This document shows, in pieces, positions 16,551 through 25,394 of a DNA stretch of 33,260 nt (the stretch's first letter is position 1; each line of letters starts with the position of its first letter). The notes beneath the pieces were generated by a model that ran no database searches, was not told the origin of the DNA, and was given only the letters and a program-made list of their open reading frames with translations. The translations under genes and the position numbers were made by a program. Source of the stretch: Deltaproteobacteria bacterium (GTDB lineage: Bacteria > Desulfobacterota > Binatia > UBA9968); contig JAHFAP010000010.1 in NCBI GenBank assembly GCA_023250495.1, positions 1-33,260 on the forward strand, written 5' to 3'.

Positions 16551-17672
16551 ATGACACGACTTGTAAAAACTCTGCACGTCGTTCTGCTTCTTGCAGCGAC
16601 TTCTCTGGCCGCACATCCATCTCACGCCGGCGAAGCCAGGCCGGCGTCGTGGGAGAGCACGATGGCGGAGGCGAGAAAAGAGGGAAAGCTCGTTGTGGGC
16701 ATCCCTCCGAGCGCCGAGCTGAGAAAGCAAATAGAGCCCCTGTTCAAATCGCGCTTTGGCCTCGAGGTGGAGTCCTTCTCGGCTCCGGGCCCGCAAATTG
16801 CCGGCAGGATCGTCTCCGAGTACAAAGCGGGCGTGCGTTATTTTGATGCCCTTATTTTTGGCTCATGCACCGGCGTGCCGCTGATTCAGTCCGGCGCGTT
16901 CGATCCCATCGAGCCCTACATGATTTTACCCGAGGTCAAGGACCCGAAGCTCTGGTGGGGCGGCCATCTCTGGATGGACAACGTCAGCGCGAACCGCATC
17001 TTCTACTCTTTTGTAGCTATGAAAGGGACGGAAGGACTCTGGCACAATACTACTCTCGTGAAGCCGGAGGACGTCCGGTCGTTCGACGACCTCCTCGATC
17101 CCAGATGGAAGGGCAAAATCGGCTTCAGCGATCCGCGCGTGGCCGGATCGGGCCTGTCACTTTGGTCTTTTCTCTGGGAAGTCAAAGGGGAAGAGTATCT
17201 GAAGAAGCTCGTGCAGCAACAGCTCTTCGTGAGCCAGAACTTGAGGCAGATCGCGGACGCTCTGGCGAAAGGAAAGCTCGCTCTGGCGATAGGCATCGGC
17301 TACGCGCAAACGGAGCCGTTCGTTAAGGGCGCTCTTCCGGTCAAGGAACTCCCTCAGCCGCGCGAGGGACTGCCCGCGAGCAACGCGTACGGCACGCTCG
17401 GCATCGTCAAGAACCCGCCGCATCCGCATGCGACGAAGCTGTTTGTCAATTGGCTGCTGAGTAAAGAGGGGCAGGAGTTCTACGGCAAGGTGATGCTGCA
17501 CTCCACGAGGCGTCTGGATGTTGAGACAAAATGGCTGGCGAAAGAGGGGGTGGAGGCCGCGAAGGATTTCATGACCTTCAAAGAGTACGACAAGCTGAGA
17601 AATCATCTGGAAGATAAATGCGTGGGCATCAGGCTGCCGTCGCAAAAATTCGCCGAGACAATTCTTCAGTAG
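16551..17672 (+). CDS. ABC transporter substrate-binding protein, FbpA/AfuA-like (paralog 2 of 4)
   Basis: Signal peptide MTRLVKTLHVVLLLAATSLAAHPSHA, plus 'KEGKLVVGIPPS', 'WWGGHLWMDNVSANR' and 'TRRLDVETKW'. Confidence 0.8.
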   Translation: MTRLVKTLHVVLLLAATSLAAHPSHAGEARPASWESTMAEARKEGKLVVGIPPSAELRKQIEPLFKSRFGLEVESFSAPGPQIAGRIVSEYKAGVRYFDALIFGSCTGVPLIQSGAFDPIEPYMILPEVKDPKLWWGGHLWMDNVSANRIFYSFVAMKGTEGLWHNTTLVKPEDVRSFDDLLDPRWKGKIGFSDPRVAGSGLSLWSFLWEVKGEEYLKKLVQQQLFVSQNLRQIADALAKGKLALAIGIGYAQTEPFVKGALPVKELPQPREGLPASNAYGTLGIVKNPPHPHATKLFVNWLLSKEGQEFYGKVMLHSTRRLDVETKWLAKEGVEAAKDFMTFKEYDKLRNHLEDKCVGIRLPSQKFAETILQ

Positions 17673-17691
17673 AAATAGGAGGAGAGTTTCT

Positions 17692-18819
17692 ATGTCACGA
17701 GATGAGCGGGTGAGAGATTTGATGGCGGCGTTTCGAAAGACCGCTTACTTCCAGTGGATGCAACGTCAGAGGATACCCGTTGTTGACGGTTACGGTGTGG
17801 AAGACGTGCGAGAAATAGAGATGGGTTTTTGGCCTCGGACAGGAGGACAGGCCGCTTTTATCAATCTGTATGGGATGGAAGGGGTGACCGGCATGTACGT
17901 GGCTGAAATCCCCGCCGGCGGCGCGCTGGAGCCGGAGAAGCATTTTTACGAAGAGGTGATCTGCATTCTGAGCGGACAAGGCGCCACCGAAGTATGGCAG
18001 GACGGTGGCCGCAAGCAGATGTTCGAGTGGGGAGCTTGGAGTCTGTTCGCTCCGCCGCTAAACAGTTGGCATCGGCTGATCAACGGCGGCCGGCAGCCGG
18101 TCAAGTTTTTGGCGGTCACGAACGCTCCTCTCGTCATGGACGTGGTTCACAATGAGGACTTCGTTTTCAATTGTCCGTATATTTTTTCCGATCGCTACTC
18201 GGGAGCCGAGGGATTTTTTAACGTCGGACAAAAGCGCTACGAGAGCGGGATGCAGCACATCTGGGAGACCAACTTCATCATGGATATTCAGTCGGCAAAT
18301 CTGGACCGGAGAGACGTGAAAGGGGCGGGAGTACAGATCACTCAGTTCGAGCTGTCGGGGAATGGCTTGATCGGCCATCTGGCGCAATGGCCGGCGGGAC
18401 GGTATCACAAAGCGCACTATCACGGTCCCGGGGCGATTCTGTTGGGCTTGCAATCGTCGGGGTATGTCTTGCTCTGGTCGAAGGAGCTGGGAATCCGGCC
18501 TTACGAAGCTGGTCGTGGCGAGGAAGTGGTAGAAGTAAAATGGAAACAGGGAAGCGTCTATTGTCCTCCCGGAGGATGGTTCCACCAGCACTTCAACACC
18601 GGACCGCAAGGCGCGCGCCATCTGGCGGTCCGCTACGGCAGCCGGATTCACCCCATCGGATTCAAGATTGCGGACAAGCGCAGAGAAGATGGAGTTTATA
18701 TCAACGTGAAGCGAGGCGGCACGCTGATTGAATACGCCGACGAAGATCCTGCGATCCGGAGACACTACGAAGAGGAGATGAAGAAAACCGGAGTGCCTTG
18801 CCAGATGCCCAGTTTCTGA
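17692..18819 (+). CDS. Bicupin protein, gentisate-1,2-dioxygenase-like fold
   Basis: AGGAGGAG RBS and two cupin barrels. The second barrel carries 'HYHGPGA...GGWFHQHFN', a His-rich metal-site pattern. The first has only 'EKHFYEE...WHRLIN'. Confidence 0.7.
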   Translation: MSRDERVRDLMAAFRKTAYFQWMQRQRIPVVDGYGVEDVREIEMGFWPRTGGQAAFINLYGMEGVTGMYVAEIPAGGALEPEKHFYEEVICILSGQGATEVWQDGGRKQMFEWGAWSLFAPPLNSWHRLINGGRQPVKFLAVTNAPLVMDVVHNEDFVFNCPYIFSDRYSGAEGFFNVGQKRYESGMQHIWETNFIMDIQSANLDRRDVKGAGVQITQFELSGNGLIGHLAQWPAGRYHKAHYHGPGAILLGLQSSGYVLLWSKELGIRPYEAGRGEEVVEVKWKQGSVYCPPGGWFHQHFNTGPQGARHLAVRYGSRIHPIGFKIADKRREDGVYINVKRGGTLIEYADEDPAIRRHYEEEMKKTGVPCQMPSF

Positions 18820-18830
18820 GATCTGTTACT

Positions 18831-18882
18831 CGTGTCCGTGGCTCGTGTTCGTAAGCCAGCACGAGCACGAATCACGAGCACG
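18831..18882 (+). repeat. Intercistronic imperfect hairpin built from CGTG/CACGAG low-complexity repeats
   Basis: CGTGTCCGTGGCTCGTGTTCGT-AAGCCAGC-ACGAGCACGAATCACGAGCACG. By hand, 17 of 22 positions are Watson-Crick and most of the rest are G-U. A related half-copy, AACACGAACACGATTCACG, lies near 21664-21682. Confidence 0.45.
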
Positions 18883-18892
18883 ATCCAAGCAG

Positions 18893-20629
18893 ATGAGCCT
18901 TTTTCAACAGTCTGAGGCTGGCGTTCTTCCGCGGCTCTCTCCCGTCCGCTTGGATGCCCAAAGTCTCCTTTTGACTTTGCTCTTGGCGTTCATTGCGTTT
19001 TTAGTCGTCACGCCGCTCTTTTTGCTTCTCCTCAATAGTTTTCAGGTCGGCAAGCCAGGCGGGGCAGTCGTCTTTGGCTTGGAGGGATGGCGACAGGCGT
19101 TTACCAGCTTAGGCATCGTCGACTCTATCTACAACAGCTTTTCCCTGGCGATCACACGCCAGATCATTGCGACTATAGTCGGGATTTTTCTCGCCTGGCT
19201 CCTGGCGCGGACGGATATTCCCATGAAGCGAGGGCTGGAGTTTATGTTCTGGCTCTGCTTTTTTCTCCCGGCCCTGCCGGTGACTCTGGGATGGATTCTC
19301 CTTCTCGATCCCAAGTATGGACTGCTCAATCAATTGCTCGCAAAACTGCCATTCATTCAGACGGCCCCTTTCGACATCTACTCCTACTGGGGCATCGTTT
19401 GGGTTCACCTCGCCACTACCGGCGTATCTCTTAAAGTGATGCTGCTGACGCCCGCGTTTCGCAATTTGGACGCGTCGCTGGAAGAGTCCTCGCGCGTCGC
19501 CGGCGCGGGGTCGATAAGGACTCTGCTTCGGATCATCGTGCCGGTGATGATGCCGGTGCTCCTGGTCACGGCCGTCTTGGGTCTTATCCGCTCTCTAGAG
19601 GCGTTTGAAATCGAGTTGGTTTTGGGTGTTCCCATCGGCCTTCACGTCTTTTCCACCAAGATCCACAGCTTTGTAACCCATGAGCCGCCGCAATTTCCCG
19701 CAGCCACCGCCCTCGGAACATTCTTCCTGGTCATCCTCCTTGCGATGGTCGCTTTGCAGCGGCTCTACCTTGGTCAAAGATCTTTCGTCACGGTGACGGG
19801 CAGGAGCTTCAGCACGAGGCCCATCTCTCTGGGCCGCTGGAGGTATCCGGTCTTCGCCGTGGTTCTTTTGATCGCGCTCAGCATCACGCTGTTGCCTACC
19901 GCTTTTCTGCTTCTCGGTACCTTCATGAAACTTTTCGGCTTCTTTAATATTGCGAATCCCTTCACCCTGAATAATTGGAAGGATGTTTTGTCCGACCCGA
20001 TTCTCTTGCGCTCTCTGAAGAATACCCTGGTGTTAGGCTTTTCGTCTGCCGGGTTGGGAATCGTCGTCAGTTCTTTAATCGCTTATGTCATCGTGAAGTC
20101 GCGGTTCAAAGCGCGGGCTGTGCTGGATTTTCTCTCCTGGCTGCCGTGGTCGATCCCCGGCATACTGCTTGGCATGGCGCTGCTCTGGACTTTTCTTTTG
20201 ATCCATAAAATCGTGCCGATCTACGGCACCATGGGAGCTTTGGTCATGGCGATGGCCATCAGCGGCTTGCCCGTTTGTGTGCAGGTGATGAAAAGCTTTC
20301 TCATGCAATTGGGGGATGAGTTGGAAGAGGCCTCGATGGTGGCAGGGGCTTCCTGGCTCACCACCTATCGCCGCATCATTCTGCCGCTGCTGTTGCCCTG
20401 CGTGATCGTAGTCGGTCTGCTGGAGTTCATATCAGCCGCACGGAATATCAGCACCGTGGTCCTCCTTGCTACCGGGCAAACCAGGCCGCTTTCCCTATTG
20501 ATGCTCGACTTCGCCGCGGGAGCGGAGCTGGAGCGAGCGACTGTGGTGGCGATGATCATTGTCGCGATAGTCGTCGTGGCCGCATTGAGCGCTCGCTCTC
20601 TGGGGGGCCAGTTCAGTATCCGAGGATGA
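18893..20629 (+). CDS. Fused two-domain ABC transporter permease (FbpB/AfuB/ThiP-like)
   Basis: About 12 hydrophobic segments and two EAA-type loops, 'LEESSRVAGAGSIRTLLRIIVP' and 'LEEASMVAGASWLTTYRRIILP'. ATG 18893 is preferred over GTG 18845, which lies inside the hairpin repeat. The start is uncertain. Confidence 0.8.
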   Translation: MSLFQQSEAGVLPRLSPVRLDAQSLLLTLLLAFIAFLVVTPLFLLLLNSFQVGKPGGAVVFGLEGWRQAFTSLGIVDSIYNSFSLAITRQIIATIVGIFLAWLLARTDIPMKRGLEFMFWLCFFLPALPVTLGWILLLDPKYGLLNQLLAKLPFIQTAPFDIYSYWGIVWVHLATTGVSLKVMLLTPAFRNLDASLEESSRVAGAGSIRTLLRIIVPVMMPVLLVTAVLGLIRSLEAFEIELVLGVPIGLHVFSTKIHSFVTHEPPQFPAATALGTFFLVILLAMVALQRLYLGQRSFVTVTGRSFSTRPISLGRWRYPVFAVVLLIALSITLLPTAFLLLGTFMKLFGFFNIANPFTLNNWKDVLSDPILLRSLKNTLVLGFSSAGLGIVVSSLIAYVIVKSRFKARAVLDFLSWLPWSIPGILLGMALLWTFLLIHKIVPIYGTMGALVMAMAISGLPVCVQVMKSFLMQLGDELEEASMVAGASWLTTYRRIILPLLLPCVIVVGLLEFISAARNISTVVLLATGQTRPLSLLMLDFAAGAELERATVVAMIIVAIVVVAALSARSLGGQFSIRG

Positions 20630-20641
20630 AGTGGTCTCCCC

Positions 20642-21592
20642 TCAATGCTTTTTATGCCCGAAGGTGCCGGCATAATCGCGCTGGAGAGACCCGGGAATGA
20701 AGGTTTCTTCGAGCTTTCGGATCTTGTCGATATCGAGAAGCGGCTCGCTGGCGCGCGGCACAACTCCCCATCGGCTGGCCTGGGCGCGCCTGTTCCATTC
20801 TTCCGAGGCTGCCGGGCCTCGCTCTTTAAATTCATGCATGAGATCCCATGTAGCCTGAAGGCCGTGGGCCGTTGTGAGACTCGGAAAAAGAACAGCGGCC
20901 GCGCCGAGATTTCGAAACTCCTCGAACGTCGGGGAAGGAGGCGGACCGTAATATGGGGCGATGACGGGGGCCGGAATCCTTCGGCACGCCTCTTGGATCT
21001 CTTCCCGTGATCCCAACGTATTCACCCAGATCGCGTCCACACCGGCCTCTTTCACATAAGCCACCGAACGCTCCAGCGCGCCCTCGAAGCTCCCGCCCTC
21101 CGAGCCGATGGAATCGCAACGCGCGCAGATAATGAAATCCGGGTCCAGCTCATTTTTTGCCGCGACCGCGGCCTTGTATTTGCCGACGGCCTCCTCGAGA
21201 GAGATGCAGCGCCGCCCGGCCAACGTTCCTGACTTTTTGGGCGCCTCCTGATCTTCGATGTGTAATCCCGCAACGCCCGCTCGAAGGTATTGCTGGACTG
21301 TGTGGTAGACATTCACGGCGTTGCCGTAGCCTGTGTCAGCGTCCGCAAAGATCGGCACGTTGCAGCCTGTGGCGAGCCGCCGCGCTGCTTCAACCATTTC
21401 GCCTAATCCGATGAGGCCCACATCCGGAAGCCCGTAGAGATAGGCGGCTATCTGCGAGCCGGCCATGAAGAAAGCCTCATAGCCCAGGGCTTCGGCCATT
21501 CTTGCATGAAGCGGGCTGAAACCGCCGGGCATGACGAGCAGCTCAGGACGCTTCAAGAGTTCCCGAAAACGGGTGGTGATTTTTGTTGCCAT
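20642..21592 (-). CDS. Isocitrate lyase / PEP mutase superfamily protein
   Basis: 'IFADADTGYGN' and 'GLHIEDQEAPKKSGTLAG' are superfamily motifs. The lyase loop reads KKSGT rather than K(K/R)CGH. Confidence 0.85.
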   Translation of the reverse strand: MATKITTRFRELLKRPELLVMPGGFSPLHARMAEALGYEAFFMAGSQIAAYLYGLPDVGLIGLGEMVEAARRLATGCNVPIFADADTGYGNAVNVYHTVQQYLRAGVAGLHIEDQEAPKKSGTLAGRRCISLEEAVGKYKAAVAAKNELDPDFIICARCDSIGSEGGSFEGALERSVAYVKEAGVDAIWVNTLGSREEIQEACRRIPAPVIAPYYGPPPSPTFEEFRNLGAAAVLFPSLTTAHGLQATWDLMHEFKERGPAASEEWNRRAQASRWGVVPRASEPLLDIDKIRKLEETFIPGSLQRDYAGTFGHKKH

Positions 21593-21698
21593 AGCGGTAG
21601 ATCCTTATCACAACTCTTTTCATCATTCATCCCTCATCCTTCATCCTTTAGTCTCGGCACCACCAACACGAACACGATTCACGGCTTTTATCCCAGTG

Positions 21699-21839
21699 CT
21701 CTTTAAGCCGCTCGCTGAATGGCGTAAGGTTGCGACGGACATCCACGGCAAGGCGCTGCCCTGCGGACACTACATTCCCGAGGAGGTGCCCGACCGGCTC
21801 GTGGACGAGCTGTTGGATTTCTTCAAAGGAGGTTCGTGA
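21699..21839 (+). pseudogene. C-terminal remnant of an alpha/beta-hydrolase gene (haloacetate dehalogenase / epoxide hydrolase-like tail)
   Basis: 'LFKPLAEWRKVATDIHGKALPCGHYIPEEVPDRLVDELLDFFKGGS*' matches the catalytic-His tail (xGH[FY]xPEExP...L..F) of alpha/beta hydrolases. Upstream the frame dissolves into low-complexity repeats, with no N-terminal domain. Confidence 0.45.
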
Positions 21840-22894
21840 TGAAGACGTACCGCATCGCCGTGATTGCAGGTGACGGCATCGGCCGGGAGGTCGTGCCGGA
21901 GGGCGTGCGCGTCCTCGAAGCCGCCGGGCGCAGGTTCGGCATCGCGTTCAAGTGGGACGAGTACCCGTGGAGCTGCGAGTACCGCTTGAAGCACGGCCGC
22001 ATGATACCGGAGGACGGGCTCGACACGATCCGGCACCACGACGCGATCTTCTTCGGGGCATGCGGGTTCCCCGGCGTGCCGGACCACATCTCGCTTTGGG
22101 AGCTGCTGATCCCGATGCGCCGGCAGTTCGATCTCTACGTCAACTTGCGGCCCGTCCGCCTCATGCCGGGCATCCGGTCGCCGCTCGAGGGCCGGAACGT
22201 CGGCGACATCGACTTCTTGGTCGTGCGTGAGAACACCGAAGGGGAGTACTCCTCGATCGGCGGCCGGATTTTCGAGGGGAGCGCGCGCGAGACAGTGGTG
22301 CAGACGGCGACGTTCACGCGGCACGGCGTCGACCGCATCCTCAAGTACGCCTTCGAACTGGCACAGAGCCGCCCGAAAAAACATCTAACCTCAGCGACGA
22401 AGTCGAACGGCATCACGATCACCATGCCCTACTGGGACGAACGCGTGCGCGCGATGGCCGCGAAGTATCCCGACGTGAAGTGGGATCAGTACCACATCGA
22501 CATTCTGACCGCGCACTTCGTGCAGCACCCCGATTGGTTCGACGTCGTGGTGGCGTCCAACCTCTTCGGCGACATCCTCTCCGACCTCGGCCCCGCTTGT
22601 GCCGGCACGATCGGCATCGCACCGTCGGGCAACATTAACCCCGAGCACGAGTACCCGTCGCTGTTCGAGCCGGTGCACGGCTCAGCACCCGACATCGCCG
22701 GCAAGAAGATCGCCAACCCGATTGGTCAGATCTGGTCGGGCGCGATGATGCTCGAGCACCTCGGCGATAAGAACGCTGCAAATGCGACCGTGAAGGCGAT
22801 CGAGACGGTGCTGACGGAGGGTCCGCGCACGCGGGACATCGGCGGGATGGCGAGCACGGACGAGGTCGGGAAGGCGATCGCGGCGGCACTCTGA
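21839..22894 (+). CDS. Tartrate dehydrogenase/decarboxylase or D-malate dehydrogenase (isopropylmalate-dehydrogenase family)
   Basis: AAGGAGG lies 6 nt upstream of ATG 21839. 'YRIAVIAGDGIGREVVPEG', 'LRPVRLMPGI' and 'SNLFGDILSDLGPACAGTIGIAPSGNINP' are typical of the TtuC/DmlA subgroup. Confidence 0.9.
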   Translation: MKTYRIAVIAGDGIGREVVPEGVRVLEAAGRRFGIAFKWDEYPWSCEYRLKHGRMIPEDGLDTIRHHDAIFFGACGFPGVPDHISLWELLIPMRRQFDLYVNLRPVRLMPGIRSPLEGRNVGDIDFLVVRENTEGEYSSIGGRIFEGSARETVVQTATFTRHGVDRILKYAFELAQSRPKKHLTSATKSNGITITMPYWDERVRAMAAKYPDVKWDQYHIDILTAHFVQHPDWFDVVVASNLFGDILSDLGPACAGTIGIAPSGNINPEHEYPSLFEPVHGSAPDIAGKKIANPIGQIWSGAMMLEHLGDKNAANATVKAIETVLTEGPRTRDIGGMASTDEVGKAIAAAL

Positions 22895-23085
22895 CTGTGC
22901 CCCCGACCATATCGCCGCGCGCCGGGAGGCGAGACCGATTTCGAAATCTTCCCGGGCTGCGAGCAGCGCTGGATTATTCACCCGGGACCGCAGACGGACC
23001 GAATCGTTGAGAACCGCGTTGAGGTCAGAGCAAGAGGTCAGATTTCTACGACTCAACAATTTAACGAAGCAATCCGAACTGGAAG

Positions 23086-24219
23086 TTACTTCAGGATCTG
23101 CTCGGCGAATTTTGCTGAGGGGGCTCTCACCCGTGTGTACTTGTCTTCCAGGTGGTTCCTCACCCTGTGGTATTCTTCCACGGTCAGGACATCTTTCGCC
23201 GCCTGGACGCCGTGCTCCTGGAGCCATTTCGTGTCCACGTCGAGGCGACGTGTCGATTGATGCATGACCTTAACGTAAAGCTCCTGTCCCTCTTTCGAGA
23301 GCAACCAATTGACGAACACTTTAGCCGCATAAGGATGGGGAGGATTTTTTACGATCCCGATCACGCCGGAGCCGTTGCTCGACGGCGCTCCCTCTTTTAG
23401 CGGCGGAAGTTCCTTGATCGGCAGGTTGGCGTTGAGAAAACCCTCGAGGGTGTAAAAGCTGACACCGAGAGCAATTGCCAGTTTGCCTTTTGCCAGGGCG
23501 TCGGCCAGTTGGCGTTGATCTCTGCTTACAAACAAATCCTGTTGAACAAGCTTTCTCAGGTAGCCCTCTCCCTTAACGTCCCAGAGAAAAGACCAGATGG
23601 ATTGGCCTGAGCCGGGAGTCCTCGGGTCGAGAAATCCCACCTTGCCCTTCCACTTGGGATTCACGAAGTCGTCGAGCGAGCGAAGCTCCTCAGGTTTTGC
23701 TAAAGAGGTGTTGTACCAGAAGCCGCCGGTGCTGGCGTCGGCGATGAAAGAATAGAGGAAGCGTTTCGTTTTGACGTTATCCTCCCAGATGTGTCCTCCC
23801 CACCAATATTTTTCTTCCCTCACCTCGGGCAGAATTAGATTAGGCTCAAACGGCTCGACCATCCCGTCTTCCACGAGCGACTCATAGGTGCCCGATCCTC
23901 CGATGAAGACGTCGAAGTATTTGACTCCGGCTTTGTATTCCGCAGCGATCCTGCTCGCGTTTTGCGGACCTCTCGCTACCAGCAGCTCCATATCGACGCC
24001 GAATTTTGGCTTGAAAACCGCTTCCAACTGTGTTCTCAGCTCGGCCCGCGCGGGAATGCCCACGACGATCTTGCCCTCTTTTTTGGCCTCTTGCAGACTC
24101 CTTTCCCATTCTTTTTTCCAATCGACCTGTGCCAGCGCATTTCCAACGGACGCCAGGAAAAATAACGCAGAGATAGCTGCCCAAATGAAGCACCATCTCT
24201 TTCGGGCTAGAAAAAACAT
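23086..24219 (-). CDS. ABC transporter substrate-binding protein, FbpA/AfuA-like (paralog 3 of 4)
   Basis: Signal peptide MFFLARKRWCFIWAAISALFFLASVGNALA, plus 'KEGKIVVGIPAR', 'WWGGHIWEDNVKTKR' and 'TRRLDVDTKW'. GGAGGA RBS sits in the 23-nt gap after the upstream paralog. Confidence 0.8.
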   Translation of the reverse strand: MFFLARKRWCFIWAAISALFFLASVGNALAQVDWKKEWERSLQEAKKEGKIVVGIPARAELRTQLEAVFKPKFGVDMELLVARGPQNASRIAAEYKAGVKYFDVFIGGSGTYESLVEDGMVEPFEPNLILPEVREEKYWWGGHIWEDNVKTKRFLYSFIADASTGGFWYNTSLAKPEELRSLDDFVNPKWKGKVGFLDPRTPGSGQSIWSFLWDVKGEGYLRKLVQQDLFVSRDQRQLADALAKGKLAIALGVSFYTLEGFLNANLPIKELPPLKEGAPSSNGSGVIGIVKNPPHPYAAKVFVNWLLSKEGQELYVKVMHQSTRRLDVDTKWLQEHGVQAAKDVLTVEEYHRVRNHLEDKYTRVRAPSAKFAEQILK

Positions 24220-24242
24220 GTCGTTCCTCCTTCGAGATCGGC

Positions 24243-25394
24243 CTACTTCAGGATCTGCTCGGCAAAATTGGCCGCGGGCATCCTGACTTTCGTATATTTA
24301 TCCTCCAGATGGTTTCTCACCCGGTTGTACTCTTCCAGCATTAAAGAATCCTTGGCCGCCTGGGTGCCATAGTCCAGGAGCCAGCGGGTGTCCACGTCGA
24401 GGCGACGTGTCGATGACTTCATCACCTTCCCATAAAAATCTTGCCCCTCTTTGCTGAGAAGCCAGTTGATGAAGAGCTTGGCGCCATTCGGATGCGGCGG
24501 GTCTTTGACGATGCCGACAATGCCGAAGCCGTTGCTTGCAGGCAGTCCTTCCGTCGGCGTCGGCAGTTGCCGAACCGGCAAGCCGGATTTCAAAAACGGC
24601 TCATATTGCGAATAGCCGACGCCGATGCTGATGGCGAGCTTGCCTTTTGCCAGCGCATCGCCGATTTGGCGCAGGTCTCGGCTGACGAAGAGATTCTGTT
24701 GGACGAGCCTTTTAAGATAGGCCTCTCCTTTGATGTCCCAAAGAAACGACCACAACGATTGGCCCGAGCCGGGAACGCGAGGATCGCTGAGGCCGATCTT
24801 GCCTTTCCATTGCGGATTGAGAAAATCGTCGAATGAGCGAAGCTCCTCGGCTTTGGCCAAATCTGGATTGTACCACAGGCCCCCGGTGCCAACCTCGGCT
24901 ATGAAAGAATAGAGGAAGCGCTTGGTACTGACATTATCTTCCCAGATGTGGCCGCCCCACCAGTTCTTTGGATCTTTAACTTCAGGCGGAATCATGTTCG
25001 GCTCCACGGGCTCGAGCATGCCCTCGTGCGCCAGGGAGACGGCCGTGCCGGTTCCGACGATCAGGGCATCGAAATAGCGCACGCCTGCTTTCTGCTCCGA
25101 CGCAATCCTGCTTGCGTTGGCCGGACCCGGCGCCGGGACGAGCTCGATGTCGATGCCAAATTTCGGCTTAAACGCAGCCTCCAGCTGCTTTCTCAGCTCC
25201 GAGCTGGGAGGGATGGCGACGACCACCTTCCCTTCTTTCTTCGCCGCCGCCAGTGTCCTTTCGAAATCTATTTGCCATGCAGCTTTTCCCTCGGCGCCAT
25301 AAACGGGTTGTAGATGAAGGAAAACGGCTAACGTGATCCCGACCGAGACTCGACTGAGCTTAAAGGTTTGCTTCAACCTAAGAGATTTCCGCAT
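24243..25394 (-). CDS. ABC transporter substrate-binding protein, FbpA/AfuA-like (paralog 4 of 4)
   Basis: 'KEGKVVVAIPPS', 'WWGGHIWEDNVSTKR' and 'TRRLDVDTRW'. ATG 25394 (MRKSLRLKQTFKL...) is chosen. The ORF-track start 25439 overlaps the Rieske gene by 62 nt. TTG 25376 is a further alternative. Confidence 0.75.
   Translation of the reverse strand: MRKSLRLKQTFKLSRVSVGITLAVFLHLQPVYGAEGKAAWQIDFERTLAAAKKEGKVVVAIPPSSELRKQLEAAFKPKFGIDIELVPAPGPANASRIASEQKAGVRYFDALIVGTGTAVSLAHEGMLEPVEPNMIPPEVKDPKNWWGGHIWEDNVSTKRFLYSFIAEVGTGGLWYNPDLAKAEELRSFDDFLNPQWKGKIGLSDPRVPGSGQSLWSFLWDIKGEAYLKRLVQQNLFVSRDLRQIGDALAKGKLAISIGVGYSQYEPFLKSGLPVRQLPTPTEGLPASNGFGIVGIVKDPPHPNGAKLFINWLLSKEGQDFYGKVMKSSTRRLDVDTRWLLDYGTQAAKDSLMLEEYNRVRNHLEDKYTKVRMPAANFAEQILK

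Noticed and set aside
22895-23085. Hairpins in the convergent intergenic region as bidirectional terminators (CCGGGA..GATTTCGAAATC..TCCCGG and GTTGAGGTC..GACTCAAC)
   Set aside because: The stems are short or bulged with long loops and no flanking U-tracts. Support is too weak to annotate.
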